A stretch of 64,000 bases of DNA from Myxococcota bacterium (GTDB lineage Bacteria; Myxococcota_A; UBA9160; JAFDDA01), in NCBI GenBank assembly GCA_965228475.1, contig OZ245817.1:2688001-2752000 (forward strand). Reading direction: 5' to 3'. Position numbers and translations under genes: made by a program. Below are positions 27,301-35,065 of this stretch, one piece after another (position 1 is the first letter of the stretch; every line of letters starts with the position of its first letter). The notes beneath the pieces were generated by a model. It worked only from the letters and a program-made list of their open reading frames with translations. It made no database searches and was not told the DNA's origin.

Positions 27301-27736
27301 CGGCGCGCTCTGCGAAGACTGCAGCTTCACCATGGGCACGACCGAGTTCGGAACCCACCTCGACGTGACGCTCGTCGACGCGCTCCCGCTCGGCACGCAC
27401 GTCATGCAGGTGATGAACCCGGACGGCTGGATCAGCAACGAGATGCCGCTCCAGGTCGAGTTCCCGCCGCCGCCCTTCGTCCAGGTGCCCGACGAGACGA
27501 TCGAGTGCATGGAAGAGGCCGGCTGCTTCACCGACGCCGATCCGATCGGCTGCGGCGCGCTCGCGGGCTGCACGGATCTGCCGGGCAGCGTGGTCTGCGA
27601 AGAAGCCGGCGGCTTCCTCGACTGCGACAGCTGCGTGGTCGAACCGGACTGCTCCGACGGGAGCTGCACGCCGGTCTCGGACACGCTGCTCGTCCCGACC
27701 GGCCCGGGCAACTGCGGGATCCCGATCGAGCTCTGA
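24320..27736 (+). CDS. Large lipoprotein: YncE/YVTN beta-propeller + diheme cytochrome c (bCcP/MauG-like) domain + Cys-rich tail
   Basis: Lipobox AAAGC; VANHISDSISVIDL and VLNVVDSTISVVDV blades; CESCH; TPRGLRDTLPLHWLG; CADNSGGCH; FDVPTMRG; GGAGG RBS. Confidence 0.8.
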   Translation: MSMPALFRSSLALAVLLAAAGCSPNPKAPEVGAQLFQSPHVNSIALARADRKLVVANTTSATVSVFETNLLPHDPEGALIGEIAVGIDPVSVAIRPKNGPNDRDLALVANHISDSISVIDLSKLGVVQTLQEFDADGVTTTDAPTGIVFASPDRAFVALDDRDEIVVIDFDANGRASINPERLPITAQAPRAMTVVGDRLLVGAFESGNQTEFPNCGPLDTPATAPFLPGDPYDEGCMFYNRFIESITVNDIFNLDLDLEFGVIVDFAARNPNIGGEVVIDRDRPDRDVFVFDVAALGAPLQVIDGVSTLLYGMESSGNRVFVTSADGRNDLDGLDDLDNRMFENRISWFDCDPDCGPVQHRDLDQNAHGVPVPTPYGVRASADGSALVVAVSGSDGIPGLAEDPTTDIPGLVTLDASGNVLGHVQTGAIPQSVALASDEAGAAQTAYVLNVVDSTISVVDVSDLANPQILGTFSVGNDPTPPEIRDGRRNFMSARASTKGTFSCESCHPNGNTDQLIWTINTVESREDVPECNPFEENCPEPRTTMPTPRGLRDTLPLHWLGNLADPFPDHEDQLFQPEDDGAPDCDLETDGEIGCARHLVNASLSGVMCDQAGGCAVGPSGLPGAYTEAERNAMAAFMMSVSYPPSPTRRPDDALSPVAMQGVTDFFTDEDGLGVGSAAAGVGAAVGFSPITCADNSGGCHALPLTVDTNSLTVGAFDVPTMRGMWDRHVQFSNGSPSSEEVLRAGQDCADGNPPGDHPNLGNFLTGDPCALASPFIEAFLGFQLDPFQGVPSGEEIYDPAVGVTERGVFLSTFESLFQLAYGVRGAPMWEFFSEMGVGFAGVYGRQLTVDASDAQSPATQDALNPLVAAADEGRIALRASFMGGDRDYSYSEGRWHLTQLPDDKESNGFTTEKVLQQVVDWDQVLTFTAHLREGISIGGADRQPLLHVDPERKETEDFGELLAIPRPEPLPNQAFRIGGIYVDPAAKILVNGALCEDCSFTMGTTEFGTHLDVTLVDALPLGTHVMQVMNPDGWISNEMPLQVEFPPPPFVQVPDETIECMEEAGCFTDADPIGCGALAGCTDLPGSVVCEEAGGFLDCDSCVVEPDCSDGSCTPVSDTLLVPTGPGNCGIPIEL

Positions 27737-27785
27737 TCGCACGATCCACGCACCGCTCGACGGCGGTCCATTGCGCGTCACCCGA

Positions 27786-27831
27786 ACCGGGTGTCTCCGA
27801 CTGAAGAGTCGGAGGCACCCGGTCGTTTTTT
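27786..27831 (+). terminator. Rho-independent terminator
   Basis: ACCGGGTGTCTCCGACT-GAAG-AGTCGGAGGCACCCGGT, then CG and T6. Confidence 0.9.
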
Positions 27832-27894
27832 CCGGCCCCGAAGCATTCTTCGGCGGTCCCCCTCCCCTCTTGCCCCCAGGTTGCCCCTCCCGCT

Positions 27895-27910
27895 TGGCAC
27901 GAACGCTGCT
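27895..27910 (+). promoter_or_regulatory. Sigma-54 (-24/-12) promoter for the DUF1800-DUF1501 operon
   Basis: TGGCACGAACGCTGCT: perfect TGGCACG with exact GG-N10-GC spacing, about 120 bp upstream of the ATG. Confidence 0.75.
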
Positions 27911-28028
27911 CTAGCGCCCGCCGACCGGTGCCTGCACGCACACGGCGACGAGACCCGTCGCCGATGAAGGCACTGCGCGCACGGGGTCTTCCGGCACCGT
28001 GCGGGCGATCACAGGGGGGGGAACCATC

Positions 28029-29447
28029 ATGACGCGAGCCGCGCTGGTCTCGACGATCGTATGCAGCCTCATGACCATGGCCTGTTACGACCACGGGGAG
28101 CACACCCTCGCCCGCATGGGGTACGGCCACGACGACTGGAGCCGCGAGCGCTTCGAAACGCTCGGCATCCGCGGCTACATCCTCGAGCAGCTCGACCCGG
28201 AGTCGATCCCGGACGGCACCTACGAGGCCATGGAGTCTGCCTACCCCGTCCTCGACCTCGACTACCGGGGACAGCTCCAGGACGACGTCGATTCCTGGCG
28301 GGCGCGCCAGCAGCTCGCCCGGGCCAAGGTCCTGCGCGCGACCTACAGCCGGCGTCAGCTCGAGGCCGTCCTCCTCGACTTCTGGATGAACCACTTCAAC
28401 GTCTTCGCCGGCGGTGGGCTCGCCTCGGACGCCATCGTGCCCTACGAGCGGCAGCACATCGCCCCGCACGTCCTCGGGCGCTTCGAAGACCTGCTGCGAG
28501 CCATCGCACGCTCGCCGGCCATGCTCGACTACCTCGACAACAACCAGAACAGCCGTTGGGGCCTGAACGAGAACTACGCCCGCGAGCTCATGGAGCTCCA
28601 CACCCTCGGCGTGGACGGGCCGTATACCGAGATCGACGTCGTCGAAGTGGCGCGCGCGCTGACCGGCTGGGCCACGGACCGCGACGCCGAGGAACGGGCC
28701 GACGGCTACCGCTACCGCGACGACTGGCACGATCCGGACGAGAAGACGGTGCTCGGACAGACGATTCCTGCCGGGGGCGGCGAACAGGACGGCTACGACG
28801 TCCTGGCCCTGCTCGCCCGCCACCCCTCGACGGCGCACTACGTCTCCGGGCGGCTCGCGCGGCGCTTCGTCTCGGAAGAACCCTCCGAACGGCTGGTGGA
28901 ACGCATGGCCGAGCGCTGGCTCGAGACCGACGGCGACCTGCGCGAGGTCCTGAAGCTGATGTTCCTCTCCACGGACTTCCGGCTCGCGCGGGACGACAGC
29001 AACCCGCGCGTGAAACGCCCCCTCCACCTGATCGCGAGCACCCTCCGGGCCCTCGACGCCAGCGGCGACGAACTCGCCGAACGCATGGCGAACGAGCTCG
29101 AGAACCTCGGCGAGGACCCCTACATGGCGCGGCCGCCGACGGGGTACCCCGAGGATTCCGCGTCCTGGGCCGGGAACGGGACGATGCTGAACCGCATCAA
29201 CATGCTCGCGAACACCGCGCGCGGCTGGAACGGCATCGAGTTCACGCCGGTCGTGGCCGGGAACCCCGACGATCTGGTCGATGCCTGGCTCGATCGTCTC
29301 TTCATGGGCGACGTCCCGGGCCAGACCCGGAACGCGGCGGTCGCGCACCTGAACTCCCTGCCGAACTACATCCAGAACGACCCGGACCGTGCCTCTCGCG
29401 AGGTCCTGGCGGTGCTCCTCGCGAGCCCCCGCTTCCTCGGCCACTAG
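28029..29447 (+). CDS. DUF1800 family protein
   Basis: QLEAVLLDFWMNHFNV, SPAMLDYLDN, NENYARELMELHTLG, ARALTGW; N-terminal signal with LMTMAC. Confidence 0.9.
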   Translation: MTRAALVSTIVCSLMTMACYDHGEHTLARMGYGHDDWSRERFETLGIRGYILEQLDPESIPDGTYEAMESAYPVLDLDYRGQLQDDVDSWRARQQLARAKVLRATYSRRQLEAVLLDFWMNHFNVFAGGGLASDAIVPYERQHIAPHVLGRFEDLLRAIARSPAMLDYLDNNQNSRWGLNENYARELMELHTLGVDGPYTEIDVVEVARALTGWATDRDAEERADGYRYRDDWHDPDEKTVLGQTIPAGGGEQDGYDVLALLARHPSTAHYVSGRLARRFVSEEPSERLVERMAERWLETDGDLREVLKLMFLSTDFRLARDDSNPRVKRPLHLIASTLRALDASGDELAERMANELENLGEDPYMARPPTGYPEDSASWAGNGTMLNRINMLANTARGWNGIEFTPVVAGNPDDLVDAWLDRLFMGDVPGQTRNAAVAHLNSLPNYIQNDPDRASREVLAVLLASPRFLGH

Positions 29448-29486
29448 GCACCCCTTCCACCCCACGAGAATCCAGAGGAGACGACG

Positions 29487-30686
29487 ATGATCTCTCGACG
29501 AGACTTCCTGCGCGCCGGCACGGCCGGCCTGGCCCTGCTCGCGATTCCCGGCTCCGGCCGGGTCGCGCGCGCCGCGACCTCACGCAACGTCCTGGTCGTG
29601 GTCTACCTGCGCGGCGGCGCCGACGGCCTCTCGCTGGTCGCGCCCTACGGCGACCCCGAGTACGCCTCCCTGCGGCCCACGCTCTCGCTGCCCCAGAACC
29701 AGCTGAACGTGCTCGACGGGTTCTTCGGGATGCACGGCAACCTCGGCGAGCTCGCGGCGCTCTACGGCTCGAACGAGCTCTCCGTCGTGCACTGCTCGGG
29801 GCTGACCTACGAGACCCGTTCGCACTTCGACGCCCAGGATTTCATGGAGCGGGCGGCCCCGGGCGACAAGTCCGTCACCGACGGCTGGCTGAACCGCTAC
29901 CTCGCGCTTCGGGGGCAGGACTCCGCCCTCGCCGGCGTCAGCATCGGCTGGTCCGACGAGGCGGCCCTGGCCGGCCCGGCGGCCAGCCTCTCGCTGACCT
30001 CGCTCTCGCGCTTCTCGGTCAGCGGACCGTTCCCCGAAGAGCGGAAGGCAACGATGCAGGCGATGCACTCGCAGCATCCGAACAGCCTCCTCTCGACGAA
30101 GTTCTCGGACATGCTGGCGACCGAGGAGCTCCTGACCTCGGTCTCGACGGACACGTCCGTCGAGTACCCCGACAACAGCTTCGGACGGCAGCTGCGGGAT
30201 CTCGCCGCGCTGATCCGCGCCGACGTCGGGCTCCACGTCGGCGCGCTCTCGCTCGGCGGCTGGGATCACCACGACGACCAGACCGGGCAGTTCGAGAACT
30301 CCGCCGCCCGCCTTTCGACGGGCCTCGGCGCCTTCTACCAGGACCTCGGCGGCGACGCGAACCGCGTCCTCACCCTCGTGATGACCGAGTTCGGCCGGAC
30401 GGTCGAGGAGAACGGCACCTTCGGGACCGACCACGGCCGCGGCTCGGCCATGATGGCCCTGGGCGGCGGCGTCGCCGGCGGCAACGTGCTCTTGAAGAAC
30501 GGCACCTGGCCCGGGCTCACGCCCAACCAGGGCTGGCCGCGGCGCGACCTCGACGTGACGACCGACTTCCGGGACGTGTTCGCCGAGGTCCTCGCACGCC
30601 ACCTCGGCCTCGGCGGCGCCCAGCTCTCGAGCATCTTCCCGGACTTCACCCCGGCGGCGCAGAACTACCCGGGGCTGTTCGTCTGA
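29487..30686 (+). CDS. DUF1501 family protein with Tat signal
   Basis: SRRDFL twin-arginine motif; LRGGADGL, RSHFDAQ, GGWDHH, TEFGRT, GTDHG, TTDFR. Confidence 0.9.
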   Translation: MISRRDFLRAGTAGLALLAIPGSGRVARAATSRNVLVVVYLRGGADGLSLVAPYGDPEYASLRPTLSLPQNQLNVLDGFFGMHGNLGELAALYGSNELSVVHCSGLTYETRSHFDAQDFMERAAPGDKSVTDGWLNRYLALRGQDSALAGVSIGWSDEAALAGPAASLSLTSLSRFSVSGPFPEERKATMQAMHSQHPNSLLSTKFSDMLATEELLTSVSTDTSVEYPDNSFGRQLRDLAALIRADVGLHVGALSLGGWDHHDDQTGQFENSAARLSTGLGAFYQDLGGDANRVLTLVMTEFGRTVEENGTFGTDHGRGSAMMALGGGVAGGNVLLKNGTWPGLTPNQGWPRRDLDVTTDFRDVFAEVLARHLGLGGAQLSSIFPDFTPAAQNYPGLFV

Positions 30687-30759
30687 TCGGCCGCGGAGCG
30701 CCGGGCCAGGCGGCCACCCGATCCGCAGGGGTGCGTCGCAAGCAGCCCGCTCCGAGCCG

Positions 30760-30803
30760 CCCGTCCGCCGGGAAGGAAGCGTCCCCCCTTTCCGGCGGAC
30801 GGG
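30760..30803. terminator. Long hairpin between convergent genes
   Basis: CCCGTCCGCCGGGAAGG-N10-CCTTTCCGGCGGACGGG; 17-bp stem with one G-U pair; no U tract. Confidence 0.6.
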
Positions 30804-30846
30804 ACATCTCCGAGGGGACGCTCGGGGCCGGTCTCTCGGCCCCTGG

Positions 30847-32490
30847 CTAAGGCGCGGAGGGGCCGGGCACGCCGACCTGGAAGCCCGGCAGGAACGCGCT
30901 CGCGTCGTCGACGTTCACGAAGCCGTCGCCGGTCATGTCCGTGCCGAGCGTCGTCTCCTGGCCGCTCGAGAAGTCCGGCATGAACAGGCTGAAGTCGTCG
31001 AGGTTGCAGAAGCCGTCGCCGTTGAAGTCGCAGTCGCACAGGTCGCCGAAGCCGTCGCCGTCGCGGTCGCGCTGGGCCGGGTCCGTCACCGCGGTGCAGA
31101 CGTCGCACGCATCCCCGATGGCGTCCCCGTCGGAATTCGCCTGATCGGCGTTGGAGACGTGGGGGCAGTTGTCGTTCACGTCCGGGTCGCCGTCGCCGTC
31201 GATGTCGGAGTTCGGATCCGGGTCGATGCGGACGATGCGGCCGGTCCCGGACAGCAGGTAGTAGAGCTCGCCGTCCGGGTCCTTGCCGATGCCGGTGATG
31301 AACTCTGCGGGCTTTCCGCCGACCACCAGGATCTCCGAGATCGCACCGGTGTCGGTCTCCATCACCAGGGGCAGGCTCGCCCAGTCCGCGAAGACGTACC
31401 GATCCTGCAGGGCCGCTACCGCATCGCCTGCGTAGACGAAGCCGCCGATCACGGCGAAGCCCTCGGAGTGCGTGTACTCGCCCACCGGCCCGACGGAGAA
31501 GGGCGGCCCGCCGGCACGGTTCACCCGCGTCCCCTCGCGATACGGCCACCCGTGATCCAGGCCGCCCACCACGAGGCTCACCTCCTCGCGGTCGCCTTCT
31601 CCCACGTCGCCGGCCCAGATCCGCCCCAGGCCGTCGACGGAGACGCGATAGGGGTTCCGGAAGCCGAAGGCGAAGAGCTCGGGCAAGCCCGCCGGCACGC
31701 CGTTGCCCGGAAGCCCGTACTGGCCGTTGGCCGAGTCGCTCCCCAGCGGGTCGATCCGCACGATGGAGCCGTAGATGTTGGTGCGATCGTTTCCGTTCCC
31801 GGTGCCGTTGGTGTGGCCGTCGTTCGGGGCGTTGATGCCGCCGTCGTTGTCGTCCGAGCCGCCGCCGTCACCGATCCCGATGTAGAGCAGACCGTCGGGC
31901 GAGAAGGCAAGGCCTCCGCCGTTGTGGTTCGACTGCGGCTGGTCGATCCGCAGGACGACGCGCGAACCCGGCAGGACCACGCCCGGGTCGGTCGGGCTCA
32001 CCTGCCACTCGCGCAAGGTGGTCTGGAAGGTCGGCGGCGAGGCCGCGAGTTCCGGATGGCTGAAGTCCGCCGCGCCGTCGCGGAACTCGGCCTGGTAGGT
32101 GTAGAAGAGCCCGCGGCCCGGCGTCCCCGGTGCCGCGGCGAACTGGGGGTGGAACGCGAGGTCGAGCAGACCCTGCTCGAAACCGAGCGCGATCGAGATG
32201 CCGCGGTCGGGGAGGTCCAGGATCGGATCGGTCTCGATCCCGGCCTGGGTCATCACGTAGACGAACCCATCCTGGCCGACGAGGAAGGAACGCCCGCTGC
32301 CATCGGGAACGCCGACGAGGGCGGTCGGATCGCCCGCACCGGCCGGGATCGTGCCGACCTCGGTGAGGACGACGCTCGGGCCGTCCGGGATCGGATCCGT
32401 CGGCCCACAGGACACGGCGAGGGCCGCCATCAGGAGCGCAGCTCCCGCGCGCAGGGCGCGTCTCCGGTTCTTCGAGTTCGAGTTCCTCAC
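30847..32490 (-). CDS. PQQ-dependent soluble sugar dehydrogenase (GSDH family) lipoprotein with TSP3 repeats and a dockerin-like tail
   Basis: EQGLLDLAFHP, NHNGGGLAF, GDGGG, GFRNPYR, GDVG...EEV, HGWP; DNCP/GDACD repeats; DFNGDGFCNLDD and DMTGDGFVNVDD; lipobox-like LAVSC. Confidence 0.85.
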   Translation of the reverse strand: MRNSNSKNRRRALRAGAALLMAALAVSCGPTDPIPDGPSVVLTEVGTIPAGAGDPTALVGVPDGSGRSFLVGQDGFVYVMTQAGIETDPILDLPDRGISIALGFEQGLLDLAFHPQFAAAPGTPGRGLFYTYQAEFRDGAADFSHPELAASPPTFQTTLREWQVSPTDPGVVLPGSRVVLRIDQPQSNHNGGGLAFSPDGLLYIGIGDGGGSDDNDGGINAPNDGHTNGTGNGNDRTNIYGSIVRIDPLGSDSANGQYGLPGNGVPAGLPELFAFGFRNPYRVSVDGLGRIWAGDVGEGDREEVSLVVGGLDHGWPYREGTRVNRAGGPPFSVGPVGEYTHSEGFAVIGGFVYAGDAVAALQDRYVFADWASLPLVMETDTGAISEILVVGGKPAEFITGIGKDPDGELYYLLSGTGRIVRIDPDPNSDIDGDGDPDVNDNCPHVSNADQANSDGDAIGDACDVCTAVTDPAQRDRDGDGFGDLCDCDFNGDGFCNLDDFSLFMPDFSSGQETTLGTDMTGDGFVNVDDASAFLPGFQVGVPGPSAP

Positions 32491-32602
32491 GAACGAAATC
32501 CTCAGCAGGCGCAGGGCACAACGACAGCGGGGCCGACCGGGGCCGACCTGCTACGTGAGTGTCCCTGGGGGACGGTTTCGTGGCGAGAGAAGTGACCTGG
32601 GG

Positions 32603-33025
32603 TCAGCGGAGGGGCTCGCCCCGGGCGTACAGAAATGTCTCTTTTTCTGATTGAATCCGGGAGGTTGCGGGGTCCAACCACATGCGCTGGACCACCACGA
32701 CCAGATTCTCGTGCTCCGGGTGACCGGCATGGACCGCCCGGGCCAGGGCATCCGGCCGGACGAGGGTGCCGAGGACGCTGCGGCGCGCCCGAAAGTCCTG
32801 GAGCGCCAGCCGCACCTCGCGGCCGAGGGTTTCCTCGTCGATGTGGGCCAGCCCGCGGTCCGTCGGGCGGAAGAGCGCCGCCAGGGACGTCTGATAGCTC
32901 GTGTACATGGCGAAGCCGCCGAGCTTCCACGGGTTGGCATCGATCGCCACCACCACCCCGCGGTGGGCGAGCGGCCAGAGGGCCACCACCAGCACGACCG
33001 CCAGGTAGCGCCTCGCGCCCCTCAC
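32603..33025 (-). CDS. Small N-terminally anchored partner of the HTTM-like protein
   Basis: GTG at 33025 overlaps the upstream stop (GTGA); hydrophobic N-terminus, then NPWKLGGFAMY. Confidence 0.65.
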   Translation of the reverse strand: MRGARRYLAVVLVVALWPLAHRGVVVAIDANPWKLGGFAMYTSYQTSLAALFRPTDRGLAHIDEETLGREVRLALQDFRARRSVLGTLVRPDALARAVHAGHPEHENLVVVVQRMWLDPATSRIQSEKETFLYARGEPLR

Positions 33026-33996
33026 AGGAGATTCCAATCGGCCGGATGCCCCGGCACCGCCGAGCCGAGCGCCAGCAGCCCGTAGATCAGGAAGAGCGCG
33101 AACGCCGGGAAGAGGCGTGCGTTCCAGGGCCCGGGCAGGAAGAGCAGCAGCAGGTTCACGAAGAGCATGGCGAAGCCGAGCTCGAGGGCCGCGACCTGGA
33201 TCCCGACCATGAGGCCGATCGAGGCGAGCGCGCCGAGCACGCGCGTCCGCCGGGCGACGAGCAGCGCCGGCAAGGTCAGCTCCGCCATCCAGACCAGGTT
33301 CGAAGCCAGCGCGAACAGGGGCGCATCGACCCGATAGGGCCCGGCCCCCGTGGCCTTGCGATCGAGCCCCGAAAGGCGCGTGAGCTCCGCCTCGGGAAGC
33401 AGCCAGCGGAAGACGCGCCCGAAGCGCTCTTCCGTCCCCGCCATGAGCGCCAGGAACTCCCCCTGGAAGTAGGCCCCGTAGAAGAGCTTCTGGAGCCCGG
33501 TGTGGAACAGGACGAGCGCGGTCGTCCAGCGGAGGGCGGCGAGCGCGTGGGCCTCACCCTCCCCTTCGGAGTCGCGCGGGACGAGCGCCAGCAGCAGGAC
33601 GCAGACGAGCTCGAGGTAGAGATGGTTCGCGGTGTAGGGGAAGCGCCAGACGACCTGGGCGAGCACCGCGGGCAGTGCGATGCACGCCGGGAGGCTGCCC
33701 GCCCCCGCGCGGAGCGAGAGTCCGGCGGCCACGCACAGGGTCACGGCCGCAACGAGGAGCAGGAGGTCGCCCCGGGTCGAGAGTGCCAGCCAGAGCAGGC
33801 TGCGGACCGCGCCGTAGAAGAGGAGGAAGCGCTGGAAGTCCTGGATCCGGGCCCGGGCGTCGCCCGGCGGATCGGTCACCCAGGCCCAGGCCTTCGAAAG
33901 GAGCGAGGCCTCGCGGGGACCTTCGGCCGGCGCGCTTCGCCGGCCTCCGCGCGGCGCCTTCGACGACGCCTTCGACGACGGTTTCGGAGGGGACAC
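33022..33996 (-). CDS. HTTM-like (vitamin K-dependent carboxylase / SdpB-like) membrane protein
   Basis: Multi-TM; TANHLYL, FHTGLQKL...YFQGE, AELTLPALL...RTR. Start uncertain. Confidence 0.6.
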   Translation of the reverse strand: MSPPKPSSKASSKAPRGGRRSAPAEGPREASLLSKAWAWVTDPPGDARARIQDFQRFLLFYGAVRSLLWLALSTRGDLLLLVAAVTLCVAAGLSLRAGAGSLPACIALPAVLAQVVWRFPYTANHLYLELVCVLLLALVPRDSEGEGEAHALAALRWTTALVLFHTGLQKLFYGAYFQGEFLALMAGTEERFGRVFRWLLPEAELTRLSGLDRKATGAGPYRVDAPLFALASNLVWMAELTLPALLVARRTRVLGALASIGLMVGIQVAALELGFAMLFVNLLLLFLPGPWNARLFPAFALFLIYGLLALGSAVPGHPADWNLL

Positions 33997-34073
33997 GGGC
34001 CCATCTTACCGTTCGGCGGCACTGGTGCGGCGCGTTATGATGCCGTGCCTCTCGTCGCCCGCCGGAGCCCGCC

Positions 34074-35060
34074 ATGCGTTCGTCCCGCCTCCTCCGCCCC
34101 CTCGCGCTGCTACTCCTCGTTCCGGCCTTCGCCCTCGGCGCCCTCGCCGTCGCGAACGTCCGCGCCGACGGCAGCCTCGCCTGGCGAAACGGGGGCCGCA
34201 CCCCGAGCCCCGCCCCGCTCGCCGAGCGCATCTCGCTCCGCGCCGTCACCTTCAACATCGCCGACGGCTACCTCTTCACGGGCAACCGGCCCGAGCGCAT
34301 GCGCGCCCTCGGTGCGCTGCTGACGGAGATCGACCCGGACGTCGTGGGGCTCCAGGAGGCCTTCATCGAGTCGGACCGGGAGGTCCTGCTCGATGCGCTC
34401 TCGGGCTCGCGCCTCGTCCACCACGTCCGTTTCCCCGGTGCCGTCGTCGGCAATGGGCTCTGGATCCTCTCGGCCCACCCGATCGAGGAGGCCTGGTTCC
34501 ACCGCTTCGAAAGCGACGGGTCCTGGTACCGCCTCACCGAAGGGGACTGGTGGGCCGGCAAGGGCGTCGGCCTCGCACGGCTTCGCCTGCCGAACGGGGC
34601 GCGGGTCGATTTCTACGACACCCATGCCGTCGCCGGACGCGGGAACGCGGCGAACGAGTGGATCCGCCAGGGGCAGATGGCCGAACTGGCGCGCTTCGTG
34701 CGGGAGTCCCGCACGCCGGGCGCCCCGGCCTTCGTCGTCGGCGACTTCAACACCCGCCCGGGCGCGGCCGACTACGAACTGGCCGTCCGGGAGGCCGGAC
34801 TCGTGCGCGCCATGAACGTGCCGTCCGAGATCGACCACGTCTTCGCCGTCGCCGACGACGCCTACGCCGTGCACGTCCGCGAAACCCACGAACTCACGGG
34901 GTCGACCCTCGGATCCGGCCCGCCGTTCTTCATCGCGCGCCCGCCGACGCCCCGGGAGCTCTGGTCCCTCGCCTTCGGCGACCCGGCACCGACGCCCCTG
35001 AGCGACCATCCGGGCTACCTGAGCGTCGTCGAGTTCCACCCCGCGCGCGAAGGCTCCTAG
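34074..35060 (+). CDS. Exported endonuclease/exonuclease/phosphatase (sphingomyelinase-like) family protein
   Basis: VTFNI, GLQEAF, GLWILSAHPI, KGVG, DTH, GDFN, IDHVF, LSDH; signal peptide. Confidence 0.85.
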   Translation: MRSSRLLRPLALLLLVPAFALGALAVANVRADGSLAWRNGGRTPSPAPLAERISLRAVTFNIADGYLFTGNRPERMRALGALLTEIDPDVVGLQEAFIESDREVLLDALSGSRLVHHVRFPGAVVGNGLWILSAHPIEEAWFHRFESDGSWYRLTEGDWWAGKGVGLARLRLPNGARVDFYDTHAVAGRGNAANEWIRQGQMAELARFVRESRTPGAPAFVVGDFNTRPGAADYELAVREAGLVRAMNVPSEIDHVFAVADDAYAVHVRETHELTGSTLGSGPPFFIARPPTPRELWSLAFGDPAPTPLSDHPGYLSVVEFHPAREGS

Positions 35061-35065
35061 CCCGC

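Noticed and set aside
27620..27640. CDSC in the cytochrome tail as a third heme site
   Set aside because: No following His; more likely disulfides or a metal site.
32529..32548. GGGGCCGACC direct repeat x2 upstream of the dehydrogenase
   Set aside because: Short, GC-rich and without other support.
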